Positions 1 through 10,918 of a stretch of 47,713 nucleotides of DNA are shown here, piece by piece. The notes below the pieces were generated by a model. The model had not been told where the DNA came from and did not search any database. It saw only the letters and a program-made list of their open reading frames with translations. Location: sequence record DRR723986_4811; one strand, written 5' to 3'. Positions within the stretch are counted from its first letter, which is position 1. Each line of letters opens with the position of its first letter. The translations under genes were made by a program, and so were the position numbers.

Positions 1-484
1 CACCCGTGGTGACAATTGAAATCGGAGTCACCTCACTGCCTGTGCCAGCCGTGGTGGGCACCAGCACCAAAGGCAACCTGTCGCTGGTCACATTGCCTAC
101 ACCATACATGGTGTTCAGTTCTTGTTTTCCGCGCGCCAACACGGCAATCAGCTTGGCCACATCAAGCGTGGAGCCGCCACCGATGGCCACCACTACATCG
201 GCCTTGAATTCCATGGCGAGCAAAGTGACTCTGTGCACCAAAGCCTCGGGAGGGTCGGGTTCTACATCGTTGCAACTGTGAACTGCATGGCCTGCTGTGG
301 CTAGGTTTTCAACAATGGTTTTGAAGGCTGCGGTGCCCGCGATGAAGGGGTCAACCAGCATGAATACCCTTGCGCTTTTTAGGCCATGCTGAGCCAGCAA
401 GGGAGCCAACATGTCAGCCATTCGAAGCGAGCTTCCGGATTCGCACACAATGCGGTTCACAGTTCTGAATTCAAATGGTGCCAT
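1..484 (-). CDS. Iron-containing alcohol dehydrogenase (partial; runs off the left edge)
   Basis: Not in the ORF track; translated by hand from the ATG at 484 (AAGGAG SD upstream). MAPFEFRTVNRIVCESGSS...VEPDPPE...VVAIGGGSTLDVAK...LVLVPTTAGTGSEVT contains the GGGSxxD and PTTAGTGSE motifs of Fe-ADHs. Confidence 0.92.
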   Translation of the reverse strand, partial: MAPFEFRTVNRIVCESGSSLRMADMLAPLLAQHGLKSARVFMLVDPFIAGTAAFKTIVENLATAGHAVHSCNDVEPDPPEALVHRVTLLAMEFKADVVVAIGGGSTLDVAKLIAVLARGKQELNTMYGVGNVTSDRLPLVLVPTTAGTGSEVTPISIVTTG

Positions 485-513
485 GCGGGTGTCTCCTTGC
501 TGTTCTGTATATT

Positions 514-1008
514 TTAGCCTTTGCGCTTCGGGGTCCATGCCCAAATGGCGCGAACGAAGATGGGTTCTTTGCTTTCGCCATCGGTAATCGTCACCGCTAC
601 ATCAACTTCACCGCGTTCCTCGGTTTGCATCATCGCGATTTGCTCTTGTGTCAGCATGGCTTCGGCTTTCATATCGCCCACTGCACGTTTGCGGTAATCC
701 ACTTCCATGCGCTTGATCACGGGTATTGCGTTGGCCGGCACATTCAAACCCACCAGTGCCCCCGTGGCTGATTCGGCAATCATGATCATGGCTACCGCGT
801 GCACAGTACCAATGTGGTTTTGTACATAAGGGCGGTTTTTGATCACCACGATGGAGTGGTTAGGTTCAATCCATTCAAATTTCAGACCACTGGTTTTGAA
901 GTATTTCACTGCGCGGCCAAACAGCAGGGTAAATGCACGGGTTTTCAAAGGCGTGGGCAGCTTGTCCACTTGCGCATACACCTTTTGCAGCATCGATTTT
1001 TGACTCAT
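514..1008 (-). CDS. Hot-dog-fold thioesterase-like protein (DUF4442/PaaI-like)
   Basis: 164 aa with the NHIGTVHAVA..AE motif and VDYRKRAVG strand; lies between fadH and the Fe-ADH. Confidence 0.8.
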   Translation of the reverse strand: MSQKSMLQKVYAQVDKLPTPLKTRAFTLLFGRAVKYFKTSGLKFEWIEPNHSIVVIKNRPYVQNHIGTVHAVAMIMIAESATGALVGLNVPANAIPVIKRMEVDYRKRAVGDMKAEAMLTQEQIAMMQTEERGEVDVAVTITDGESKEPIFVRAIWAWTPKRKG

Positions 1009-1022
1009 TTTTTCTTTTACCT

Positions 1023-3071
<2,049 letters not shown>

Positions 3072-3160
3072 TTAAAAATCGGTAGTTTTTTGTAATGTAT
3101 TTACTTATGTTACTGAAAAGTAATTTTTATTGTTGGAGTGAGTGTTCAAATCTGCACTCA

Positions 3161-3182
3161 AAATAGCACGATCGGTCAATTT
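3161..3182. promoter_or_regulatory. Imperfect palindrome AAATAGCACGATCGGTCAATTT; candidate FadP-type (TetR family) operator
   Basis: Dyad centred on CG-AT-CG about 100 bp upstream of fadH. It resembles, from memory, the FadP boxes predicted upstream of beta-oxidation genes in Burkholderiales. Confidence 0.5.
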
Positions 3183-3289
3183 TTTGCGTGTTTTATTGAT
3201 GAAGAAAATACTGCGCTGCAATAAACAAGGGAACCTGTATCCACGCGGTTTGTCCTAAACTGGTGTTTTATCCAGCAAGCGCCTTCTTC

Positions 3290-5791
3290 ATGCAGTCTGT
3301 TCAGTATTGGGCGCGGCAGTCACGCCGCGCGTCGTTCCGAATTTTATTTGTGGCTTTAGTCCTCGCTGTAGCGGCCATATCGTCCGTCGGCGTGTTCTCG
3401 GCCCGAATTGAAGCTGCCCTCGTGCGTGACGCCAGTCAGATGCTAGGCGGTGATTTGGTGATTGAGTCCAAGCGCAACACTGAAAATGCGCCTTGGCTTT
3501 CAATTCTTGAGAAACCACAGTACGCAAGCTTAAAGCAGGCTGAAAGCGTGGTGTTTCCCAGCGTTGTGCCCTCGGAGCGCGTCGATTTGCTGGTATCGCT
3601 CAAGGCGGTCAACAACACCTATCCTTTGCGAGGAGATCTGACGGTACGCGATGCCCAAGGGAAAGATGAGAAAGTCGCCAGTGGCCCTCCTCAAGGAGAA
3701 TTGTGGGTCGACCAGGGCGTGCTGGGCTCACTCGATGTTCAGTTGGGTGATTCAATTCAAGTGGGCGAAATAAGCCGTCCCGTAACCCGCGTTATTTTGG
3801 TGGAACCCGACCGTGGCGGTGGCTTTGTCAACTTCGCTCCCCGCGTCATGATGAACACTGCGGACCTTGAAGAATCGAAGTTGTTGGGCCTGGGGTCACG
3901 GGCCACCTGGCGGATTTACTTCACTGGCGCTCAGCCGGTGATCAATCAGCTGATTTCCGAATTGACCCCAGTGTTGTCGCCCGTTGAAGAAATTGAAACC
4001 CTGGAGAATGGACGTCCTGAAGTTAGCGGTACGCTTGAGCGCGCCAATGATTTCCTGGCCATGGCTGCTTTGATCGGCACCATGGTGGCCTGTGTGGGCA
4101 TTGCGCTGGTGGCGCACTTGTTTGCCAAAGAACAGGCCAGCGAATTGGCAGTATTGAAAAGCCTGGGCTACACCCCAAAACGTTTGCTGCGCATGTGGGC
4201 AATTGGCATGGGCATGCTGACTTTGGGGGCCGGCGTGCTGGGTGTTGGCTTGGGTTGGGCCGCGCATTGGGGGCTTCTGGCGTTTTTGGCTGAACTGGTA
4301 GGGGTAGACCTACCGCTGGCCGGTTTGCATTACCTGCCCATGGGTATTTTGCTCTCTGCGTTACTGCTGCTGGGTTTTGCGGCAGTGCCCACCTGGTATG
4401 CCTTGCGTGCACCCGCGGTGGCTGTCATTCGGCACCAAACATTGAAAAGCAGCCGTGGGCAATTGGTACTGTCGGTATTGTTTGGTGTGTTGACTGCCAT
4501 TGCGGTGTGCTTGCTGATTGTGAACAATGTCGTGTTGGCCCTCTTGTTGTTCGCAGGCTTTGTGGGTACGTCCTTGGTGTTTGCCTTGTTGTTCTGGGGG
4601 TTGTTGAAAACCCTGGCCTACCTCGGGAGGGGCAGGACAAGTACAGGCACCAACATCGCGGTTTTTCAAAGCATGTCCAAACGAGCAGGCACGCTGGTGT
4701 TACAGGGTGTCAGTCTGGCCTTGGGCTTGGCGGCATTGTTAATGCTGGCTGTGGTACAGGGTGATTTGATTGATCGCTGGCAAGAGGCCGTGCCCGAGGA
4801 TGCACCCAATCGATTTGTGTTCAACATTCAACCCGATCAGGTTGAAGGTGTTCAACAATTGTTGAATACCGCAAGCCTTGGTCCGGTCAATTTGTACCCC
4901 ATGGTGCGCGGGCGCTTGAGCGCCATCAACGGTGAGACCATCACTGCCGATACCTTTTCGGATGAACGCGCCCGCAACACAGTGGAACGTGAACTGAATT
5001 TGAGCTTTGCAGACACCTTGCCCACGCACAATACCCTCGCTGCCGGAAGCTGGTTTGATGAAACTCCCACCCAAGCCGAAGTGTCCGTAGAAGACGGTGT
5101 GGCAGAGCGCTTGGGGATAGGCATGGGCGACAAGCTCACCTTCGACATTGCAGGTACGCCCTTAACAGCCGAAATTACCAGCATTCGCGAGCTGCGTTGG
5201 GATTCCATGGAAGTGAATTTCTTTATGGTGTTTCCGACCGAAGTACTTCAATCTTTCCCGCAAACCTGGATCACTTCCGTTAGTTTGCAGAAAGACAAAG
5301 CCATTCCTGTGTCCCGTGACCTGGTGCGCGAATATCCCAACCTCACTGTGCTGGACACCGAGTTGATCATCACCCAGTTGCGGAAAATTCTGGGGCAGGT
5401 GGGCCAGGCTGTTCAGTTTGTATTTTTGTTCACAGTGGCCGCCGGTGGATTGGTGGTGGTGGCCTGTGTGATGACAGGTGCACGTGTGCGCACCCGTGAG
5501 GCTGCAATTTACAGGGCCATGGGAGCATCTACGGCTCAGCTGCAACGGGCCGCTTGGCTTGAACTTTCCGTGCTGGGTGCGCTGGCAGGTTTGGTGGCTG
5601 CCATTGCCGCCCAAGGCCTGGGTTGGGGCGTGGCGCATTTTGTGTTCGAGTTTGAGTACTTCCTGTCGCCCATGCACATTGTGGCTGGTGTGGTTGCGGG
5701 TGCAGTGGTGTCGGTGTTGTTTGGTGCATGGTCGGTCAACAAGGTTTGCCGCGCCCCCGTGATGCAAACCTTAAGGCAAGCTGCTGCCTAG
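3290..5791 (+). CDS. YbbP-like ABC transporter permease (duplicated FtsX/MacB-type domains)
   Basis: About 833 aa from the ATG at 3290 (alternative GTG at 3263). Motifs LGGDL, EPDRG..FAPRVMMN, PEDAPNRFVFNIQPDQ, LYPMVRGRL and WDSMEVNFF; many TM helices. Confidence 0.88.
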   Translation: MQSVQYWARQSRRASFRILFVALVLAVAAISSVGVFSARIEAALVRDASQMLGGDLVIESKRNTENAPWLSILEKPQYASLKQAESVVFPSVVPSERVDLLVSLKAVNNTYPLRGDLTVRDAQGKDEKVASGPPQGELWVDQGVLGSLDVQLGDSIQVGEISRPVTRVILVEPDRGGGFVNFAPRVMMNTADLEESKLLGLGSRATWRIYFTGAQPVINQLISELTPVLSPVEEIETLENGRPEVSGTLERANDFLAMAALIGTMVACVGIALVAHLFAKEQASELAVLKSLGYTPKRLLRMWAIGMGMLTLGAGVLGVGLGWAAHWGLLAFLAELVGVDLPLAGLHYLPMGILLSALLLLGFAAVPTWYALRAPAVAVIRHQTLKSSRGQLVLSVLFGVLTAIAVCLLIVNNVVLALLLFAGFVGTSLVFALLFWGLLKTLAYLGRGRTSTGTNIAVFQSMSKRAGTLVLQGVSLALGLAALLMLAVVQGDLIDRWQEAVPEDAPNRFVFNIQPDQVEGVQQLLNTASLGPVNLYPMVRGRLSAINGETITADTFSDERARNTVERELNLSFADTLPTHNTLAAGSWFDETPTQAEVSVEDGVAERLGIGMGDKLTFDIAGTPLTAEITSIRELRWDSMEVNFFMVFPTEVLQSFPQTWITSVSLQKDKAIPVSRDLVREYPNLTVLDTELIITQLRKILGQVGQAVQFVFLFTVAAGGLVVVACVMTGARVRTREAAIYRAMGASTAQLQRAAWLELSVLGALAGLVAAIAAQGLGWGVAHFVFEFEYFLSPMHIVAGVVAGAVVSVLFGAWSVNKVCRAPVMQTLRQAAA

Positions 5792-5883
5792 CAAGCCATC
5801 GACTAATCGAATTACAGTCGAATTTACGTGGCAGTGCACGGTTACAATGTGGGATATCTACCCATATTCTTACCGGCACCTCC

Positions 5884-6375
5884 ATGAGCAACAACGATTC
5901 AACCAGTAACACCACCGGCAGCGACGCACAACCCAAGCCGCCGATTGTCTACTTTGGCAGTACGCCAGAGGAGCAGCAAGCTGGCGTGCGCAAGCTGGTT
6001 GATCTGTTCTACGACGAAATGGATCAAAATCCGAGTTTTGAGCGCATTCGCAAACTGCACCCGGTTCACCTGGACCACTCACGCGAAAAGTTTTACCTGT
6101 TTTTGTCGGGCTGGCTGGGCGGCCCCGACCTGTATTCACCACAATTTGGCCATCCACGCTTGCGCATGCGTCACATGCCATTTCCAATTTCCAGTGAAGA
6201 TCGCGACCAGTGGTTGCTGTGCATGGTGAACGCGCTGCGCGCCATGCAACTGCCCGAGAAAGTGATTGAAGGGCTTATGCTTTCCTTCTTCCGCACCGCA
6301 GACTGGATGCGCAACAAGCCCGATCCCGAAGGCAGCGCCAAGGGTTTGAACACTGTTTCGATCAAGGGCGAGTAA
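5884..6375 (+). CDS. Group II truncated hemoglobin (trHbO/GlbO-like)
   Basis: LVDLFYDEMD, FLSGWLGGPDLY, GHPRLRMRHMPFPI (proximal His), RDQWLLCM (Trp G8). The ATG at 5884 is preferred because the ORF-track start overlaps the permease. Confidence 0.92.
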   Translation: MSNNDSTSNTTGSDAQPKPPIVYFGSTPEEQQAGVRKLVDLFYDEMDQNPSFERIRKLHPVHLDHSREKFYLFLSGWLGGPDLYSPQFGHPRLRMRHMPFPISSEDRDQWLLCMVNALRAMQLPEKVIEGLMLSFFRTADWMRNKPDPEGSAKGLNTVSIKGE

Positions 6376-6379
6376 GTTG

Positions 6380-7798
6380 ATGGACACACAATTGATATGG
6401 GCCGTGGTGGGCCTGCTGTTGCTGGTATTGATTGGCCTGGTGCTGGTGTATCGGAAAATGACTGTCGACAATTCGGCCGAGCTGGCTCAATTTCAAAGCC
6501 AAGTGTTGGCCAATCTGGATGAAGTCATGGATGCGCAGGCACAGCAGCGTTTTGTGTCCGAAGAATTGGGCAAGCAACTTCGTTTGCTCAACCAAGACAT
6601 GGAGGCTCGCCAAAGCAAGCAATCTGAATTATTGACGCAAACTTTTGCACAGGCACGCACGGAAAGCCAGCAGGCCGCTCATGGTTTGCAGCAGGTTATC
6701 GTCGGGCAGTTCACGCAGGGCAATCAAATTCAGTCTGAAAAGCTGAATCAGTTCTCTGAAACACTTCATCGCACCAACACTTTGATCCAGGATCAGCTCA
6801 CGCAAATTCGCTTGTCGGTTGAGCAGAAATTGAAAGACATTCAAGACGACAACGCCAGCAAGCTGGAGTTGATGCGCAAAACAGTGGATGAAAAACTGCA
6901 TGCCACTCTTGAAACCCGCTTGGGCGAATCGTTCAAACAAGTGAGCGAACGCCTGGAGCAGGTCTACAAAGGTTTGGGCGAAATGCAATCCCTGGCCACC
7001 GGTGTGGGCGATTTAAAACGTGTGCTAACCAATGTGAAAACCAGGGGAACATGGGGCGAGGTACAGCTGCAGGCGTTGTTGGAGCAAATGCTGACACCCT
7101 CGCAATTTGGTCGCAACATCAAGCCGGTGCCAGGTAGCAACAACATTGTTGAATTCGCTGTGCGTTTACCCGGCAAAGAAGAAGAGCAACCGGTTTGGTT
7201 GCCCATCGATTCGAAGTTTCCCAAAGAACAATACGAGCGTTTGCTGGAGTGTTTTGATCGAGCCGATGCAGATGGCGTAGCGGCTGCATCAAAAGCGCTG
7301 GATATGGCCATTCGTGCCGAGGCAAAAACCATCGCCGAAAAATACCTGGCCCCGCCATACACTACCGATTTCGGTATTCTGTTTCTACCCACCGAGGGTT
7401 TGTATGCCGAAGTGGTCAAACGCCCCGGTTTGGTCGACGATTTACAACGATTGCACCGGGTGACTGTGGCTGGCCCAATTACCTTAACCACATTATTAAA
7501 CGCCTTGCAGTTGGGCTTTAAAACACTGGCGCTTGAAAAACGTTCAAGCGAGGTGTGGACTGTGCTCAGCGCTGTTAAAACCGAATTCGGCAAGTTTGGC
7601 GACATACTTGCCAAAACACGTGACACGCTTGAGCGCGCTGCCAAAAATATCGAGCAGGCCGAAACACGTTCACGTGTCATGCAGCGAAAACTGAAGGGTG
7701 TTGATGAATTACCCGAAAAAGATGCGATCGATTTGCTTGGATTAAATGACGGCAAGGTGGACCCGCTGGATGATGACGATACGCCCACAAACGTTTGA
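6380..7798 (+). CDS. rmuC: DNA recombination protein RmuC
   Basis: N-terminal TM helix and coiled coil, then NVKTRGTWGE, WLPIDSKFP, PPYTTDFGILFLPTEGLYAE and KRSSEVW. Confidence 0.95.
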   Translation: MDTQLIWAVVGLLLLVLIGLVLVYRKMTVDNSAELAQFQSQVLANLDEVMDAQAQQRFVSEELGKQLRLLNQDMEARQSKQSELLTQTFAQARTESQQAAHGLQQVIVGQFTQGNQIQSEKLNQFSETLHRTNTLIQDQLTQIRLSVEQKLKDIQDDNASKLELMRKTVDEKLHATLETRLGESFKQVSERLEQVYKGLGEMQSLATGVGDLKRVLTNVKTRGTWGEVQLQALLEQMLTPSQFGRNIKPVPGSNNIVEFAVRLPGKEEEQPVWLPIDSKFPKEQYERLLECFDRADADGVAAASKALDMAIRAEAKTIAEKYLAPPYTTDFGILFLPTEGLYAEVVKRPGLVDDLQRLHRVTVAGPITLTTLLNALQLGFKTLALEKRSSEVWTVLSAVKTEFGKFGDILAKTRDTLERAAKNIEQAETRSRVMQRKLKGVDELPEKDAIDLLGLNDGKVDPLDDDDTPTNV

Positions 7799-8852
7799 TT
7801 CTCTGCCTCAGGTCGCCTTGGTGGCCACGGGTGGAACCATTGCCGGTACGCTAGTCGAGGGTTCAGAAACCTGGGCCTATGAGTCGGCCCAGCGCAGCGG
7901 CGAAAGCCTCGTGATGGGCATACCTGGCCTGCTTCACCGTGCTAAGTGGCACTTTGAGCAGCCCTACAGCATCGGTAGTCAAGATCTTGAATTGGCCCAC
8001 ATGCTACAACTGCGTACCACGTTAGTTCGCCTGCTTCAGTCGCCAGACGTCGATGCCGTTTTGGTGACACATGGCACTGACACCATGGAAGACATGTTGT
8101 ACTTCCTTTATTTGACACTCCCGGCCTCTCTCTTGACCAAGCCGTTGGTATTTACTGGGGCCATGCTGCCTTCGGATGCAGAGGACGCTGACGGACCCAG
8201 TAATCTGAGTGGTGCCCTCGATTTTGCTTTGCTCTCCTTGCCAGCGCACCTGTCCAATTGCGAAGTGCCATTTGGCCTGTTCATGCAAGGTTTGTTTACG
8301 CCTGCACAACATGTTGAGAAACAAAGTACAGCTGGTTTTGATGCGTTTGATGGTCCGTATTCAGTGCGGCCCGATGCCAACTGGTTCGATAACCTCACGG
8401 CATTGAACCCTCCGGCCGATGTTGGAATGCTGGGTCAGTTTTCCAATTTGTTTGATGCGGGCACGCAAGCGCACCCATTGTTTGAGGCGATGGAGGTGCC
8501 CGTGGTGTTTTGCACACCGGGCAACGGGCCTTTGCGTCAATTGAATGATTTGCTGAATCGCAAACCTGCCTCGGTGGTGGTGGCTGCACCGGGGCATGGC
8601 AACATTCCAGAGGCCTGTGTGCCGGTGTTGCGTCGCTTGCTGTTAAATGGTGTCAGTGTGGTGCGTGCTAGCCGCGTGGCAGCAGGTGGTGTAGAGCAGG
8701 GGGGAGAGTTCAATGTGCTCGATGATTTCAGGGTGGATGGGACGCAAAAGGGGCTGGTGGGGGTCTATTCAGAATCGGGCAGTTTAAGCCTCTGCAAATG
8801 CGTGGTTTACGAACGGCTGCGAGTGTTGACCCACAGCCTGATTGGGCAATAA
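7770..8852 (+). CDS. L-asparaginase/glutaminase family protein (cytoplasmic, no signal peptide)
   Basis: Catalytic motifs ATGGTIAG and VTHGTDTME, plus VFTGAM, DGPSNL and GHGN. The start overlaps the end of rmuC and is uncertain (7746/7770/7773). Confidence 0.88.
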   Translation: MMTIRPQTFDSLPQVALVATGGTIAGTLVEGSETWAYESAQRSGESLVMGIPGLLHRAKWHFEQPYSIGSQDLELAHMLQLRTTLVRLLQSPDVDAVLVTHGTDTMEDMLYFLYLTLPASLLTKPLVFTGAMLPSDAEDADGPSNLSGALDFALLSLPAHLSNCEVPFGLFMQGLFTPAQHVEKQSTAGFDAFDGPYSVRPDANWFDNLTALNPPADVGMLGQFSNLFDAGTQAHPLFEAMEVPVVFCTPGNGPLRQLNDLLNRKPASVVVAAPGHGNIPEACVPVLRRLLLNGVSVVRASRVAAGGVEQGGEFNVLDDFRVDGTQKGLVGVYSESGSLSLCKCVVYERLRVLTHSLIGQ

Positions 8853-8860
8853 CTGCCTAT

Positions 8861-10918
8861 TTAATTGACCTTGGCATGAGCGAGATTCAGGTTTTTTCTG
8901 CCTTGGGTTTGTGCTGTGGTCACAGGCGTGTTTTGTTCTCGAATAATTTGCCAAATGCCTTTGTTTTCTTTCCAGGTCAGTACTTTTTTCGAGCGTTCTT
9001 GATAAAACTTTGCACGGTAATCTTGAACAAAGCTGATTTCGTACTCATCGGGTTTGTCAAAACTGGGTATCACTTGCAAGTCAGAAATTTCGATGTCGAT
9101 TCCCTGTGCTTTTGAAATTCGATCACGTCGGTTGCTGACCCATGCTTCGTAGCTGCCCTCTTCGGGCTTGAAGTTTGGCGCGTAAAAGGCGATGTAACTG
9201 TTCAAGTCTTTGCTTTCCCAAGCCTTGGCCCATGCCTTGGTTTTGTCGATCAGGCTTTTGGAGACTTCCGCAGGGTCGCCAAATGCGGCCACCTGCTGGT
9301 TGGTTACGTCACCATTGGCGAGTTGGGCCAATTGAATTGGAGGCAAGTTGTTTGTGGCTTCCACTGACTTCAAGGCTTCATCGAATCCGATGTTGGGCAA
9401 ATCGAAGTCTTCAAGATTGATCAAGCTGGCTGGACAACCCTCAGACTCAGCACCACTGAGCCGCTGTTCATCGTAGAACATTACATTGCGCTTGGTGGGT
9501 TCATCAGCGTTGATCAGCGCGTCCACTGCAAACAATGTGGTGAGCTGACCAGTGGCGCCGAGCAACTTCAGTTTGGAAACGCTCAAATCAGCTTCGATAT
9601 TGATTAGGGCGCGCTGAGCCTGATAGTACTCATTCTCCGCACTCAGCAAATCGAGCAGGCTGCGTCGTCCCACCGCAAATTGTTGTTCATAGGCAGCTCG
9701 TGCTTTGGTAATTGCAGCTGCCTGTTCGCGAAAGTAATTCAGTTTTTTTTGCGAACTGATCACGTCAAAAAGTGCAGTTTGAGTCGATTGGCGAATGGCT
9801 CTGCAGATCACCAACTTGTCGTCCAGGCTGCGGAGTCGACGTTTGATCGCAGCGTTACGGGTTGCAGTGTCTGCACCACCTCGGTACAGGTTGATTGTGG
9901 CCAGCAAATCGATCGACGAGATTTGTCGTTCGTCGAATGTCGACAGGTAGTTGCTGTAAATGTCGGTTTTTGCACGCAAATCAAGTCGAGGATGAAAACC
10001 TTCACTGGCGGCGGTCACTTCCTGCTTGGCCGCGGTAAGTGCGGCATTAGAAGCCTTGAGTAGCGGGTGATTGTTCAGCGCGAACACCAGGCGTTCTCGG
10101 TTCTCGATTTCAAAGTTCGCATTCACAACATATTCCCCGACTTGATTGACTGGCCAAACTGTGTCGGTGATTCGTTGATAGTTGGCCATTGCAGAAAAGG
10201 TGTTTGCTTTTTCTGTGGCCAAATTGCCCAAAGCCAGCGTATATCGACTACGAGCCTGTTCAAGGTCAGATTGACGGGTCACACCACTTTTGACCTTTTC
10301 TTCAATCCGGTTCATCAGATCCTGATGGTATTTCAAGTTGTCTTCTGACAGGCGAGTCAGTGCCTGGAAGCGGGATACATCAACATGCGCGCTAGAGGCT
10401 TCAAAGGCAACCTGATTGGCTTTGTTCAGATATCGGTAATAGCTTTGCATGGCTCCAGAGTGGGCTGCGAGGTAACGAGCCTGTGAGGCAAAACCGTTGT
10501 ACAGGTTTTGGCGCGCTTCAATGCCATAGGAGTTCGCGTTGTAGGTGCGTGTGTCAGCATCCTCGATCCGGGTACGTTCGCGACCTGCGGAGCCCCGTGC
10601 ATCGACAGTGGGTAGCAAAGTGCCGAACACCACGTTGGCTTCTTCCATTTGCGCCTCGAGTGCATGCACATCGGCATCCAGTGTCGGACTGTTTTGCAGG
10701 CCTTTAATTACACTTTGTTGCAAGGGATTTGGCGGATTGTTTTCAGTTGCTTGCGTCGCTGATTGGGCTGGCACCTCGGTTACAGCCTGGCTTTCCTGTG
10801 CCCAGGCGGCAGGGGCACTCAGGGTGAGCAAGGCAAGGAGCATGGCCGCAGGCAAGGTTTTCAGCGTGGGGTTTGGTGTGTGGCTTATGTTCATGTTGGC
10901 TCGTTCGTTAAATTGCAT
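8861..10918 (-). CDS. TolC-family T1SS outer membrane protein (LapE/AggA-like) with an extra C-terminal NTF2/Csd6-C-like domain
   Basis: Signal peptide (AAMLLALLTLSAPAAWA), then LLPTVD, QNLYNGF, FHPRLDL, NLYRGG and YEQQFAVGRRSLLDLLSAENE; about 110-aa tail beginning WAKAWESKD. The ATG at 10918 overlaps the upstream TGA (alternative start 10894). Confidence 0.9.
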   Translation of the reverse strand: MQFNERANMNISHTPNPTLKTLPAAMLLALLTLSAPAAWAQESQAVTEVPAQSATQATENNPPNPLQQSVIKGLQNSPTLDADVHALEAQMEEANVVFGTLLPTVDARGSAGRERTRIEDADTRTYNANSYGIEARQNLYNGFASQARYLAAHSGAMQSYYRYLNKANQVAFEASSAHVDVSRFQALTRLSEDNLKYHQDLMNRIEEKVKSGVTRQSDLEQARSRYTLALGNLATEKANTFSAMANYQRITDTVWPVNQVGEYVVNANFEIENRERLVFALNNHPLLKASNAALTAAKQEVTAASEGFHPRLDLRAKTDIYSNYLSTFDERQISSIDLLATINLYRGGADTATRNAAIKRRLRSLDDKLVICRAIRQSTQTALFDVISSQKKLNYFREQAAAITKARAAYEQQFAVGRRSLLDLLSAENEYYQAQRALINIEADLSVSKLKLLGATGQLTTLFAVDALINADEPTKRNVMFYDEQRLSGAESEGCPASLINLEDFDLPNIGFDEALKSVEATNNLPPIQLAQLANGDVTNQQVAAFGDPAEVSKSLIDKTKAWAKAWESKDLNSYIAFYAPNFKPEEGSYEAWVSNRRDRISKAQGIDIEISDLQVIPSFDKPDEYEISFVQDYRAKFYQERSKKVLTWKENKGIWQIIREQNTPVTTAQTQGRKNLNLAHAKVN

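Noticed and set aside
6964-7788. Long antisense ORF (274 aa), and similar ones such as 10545..11288, 28101..28802, 40905..41594 and 5162..5767
   Set aside because: They are shadow frames of well-supported genes, with biased composition and no recognisable motifs.
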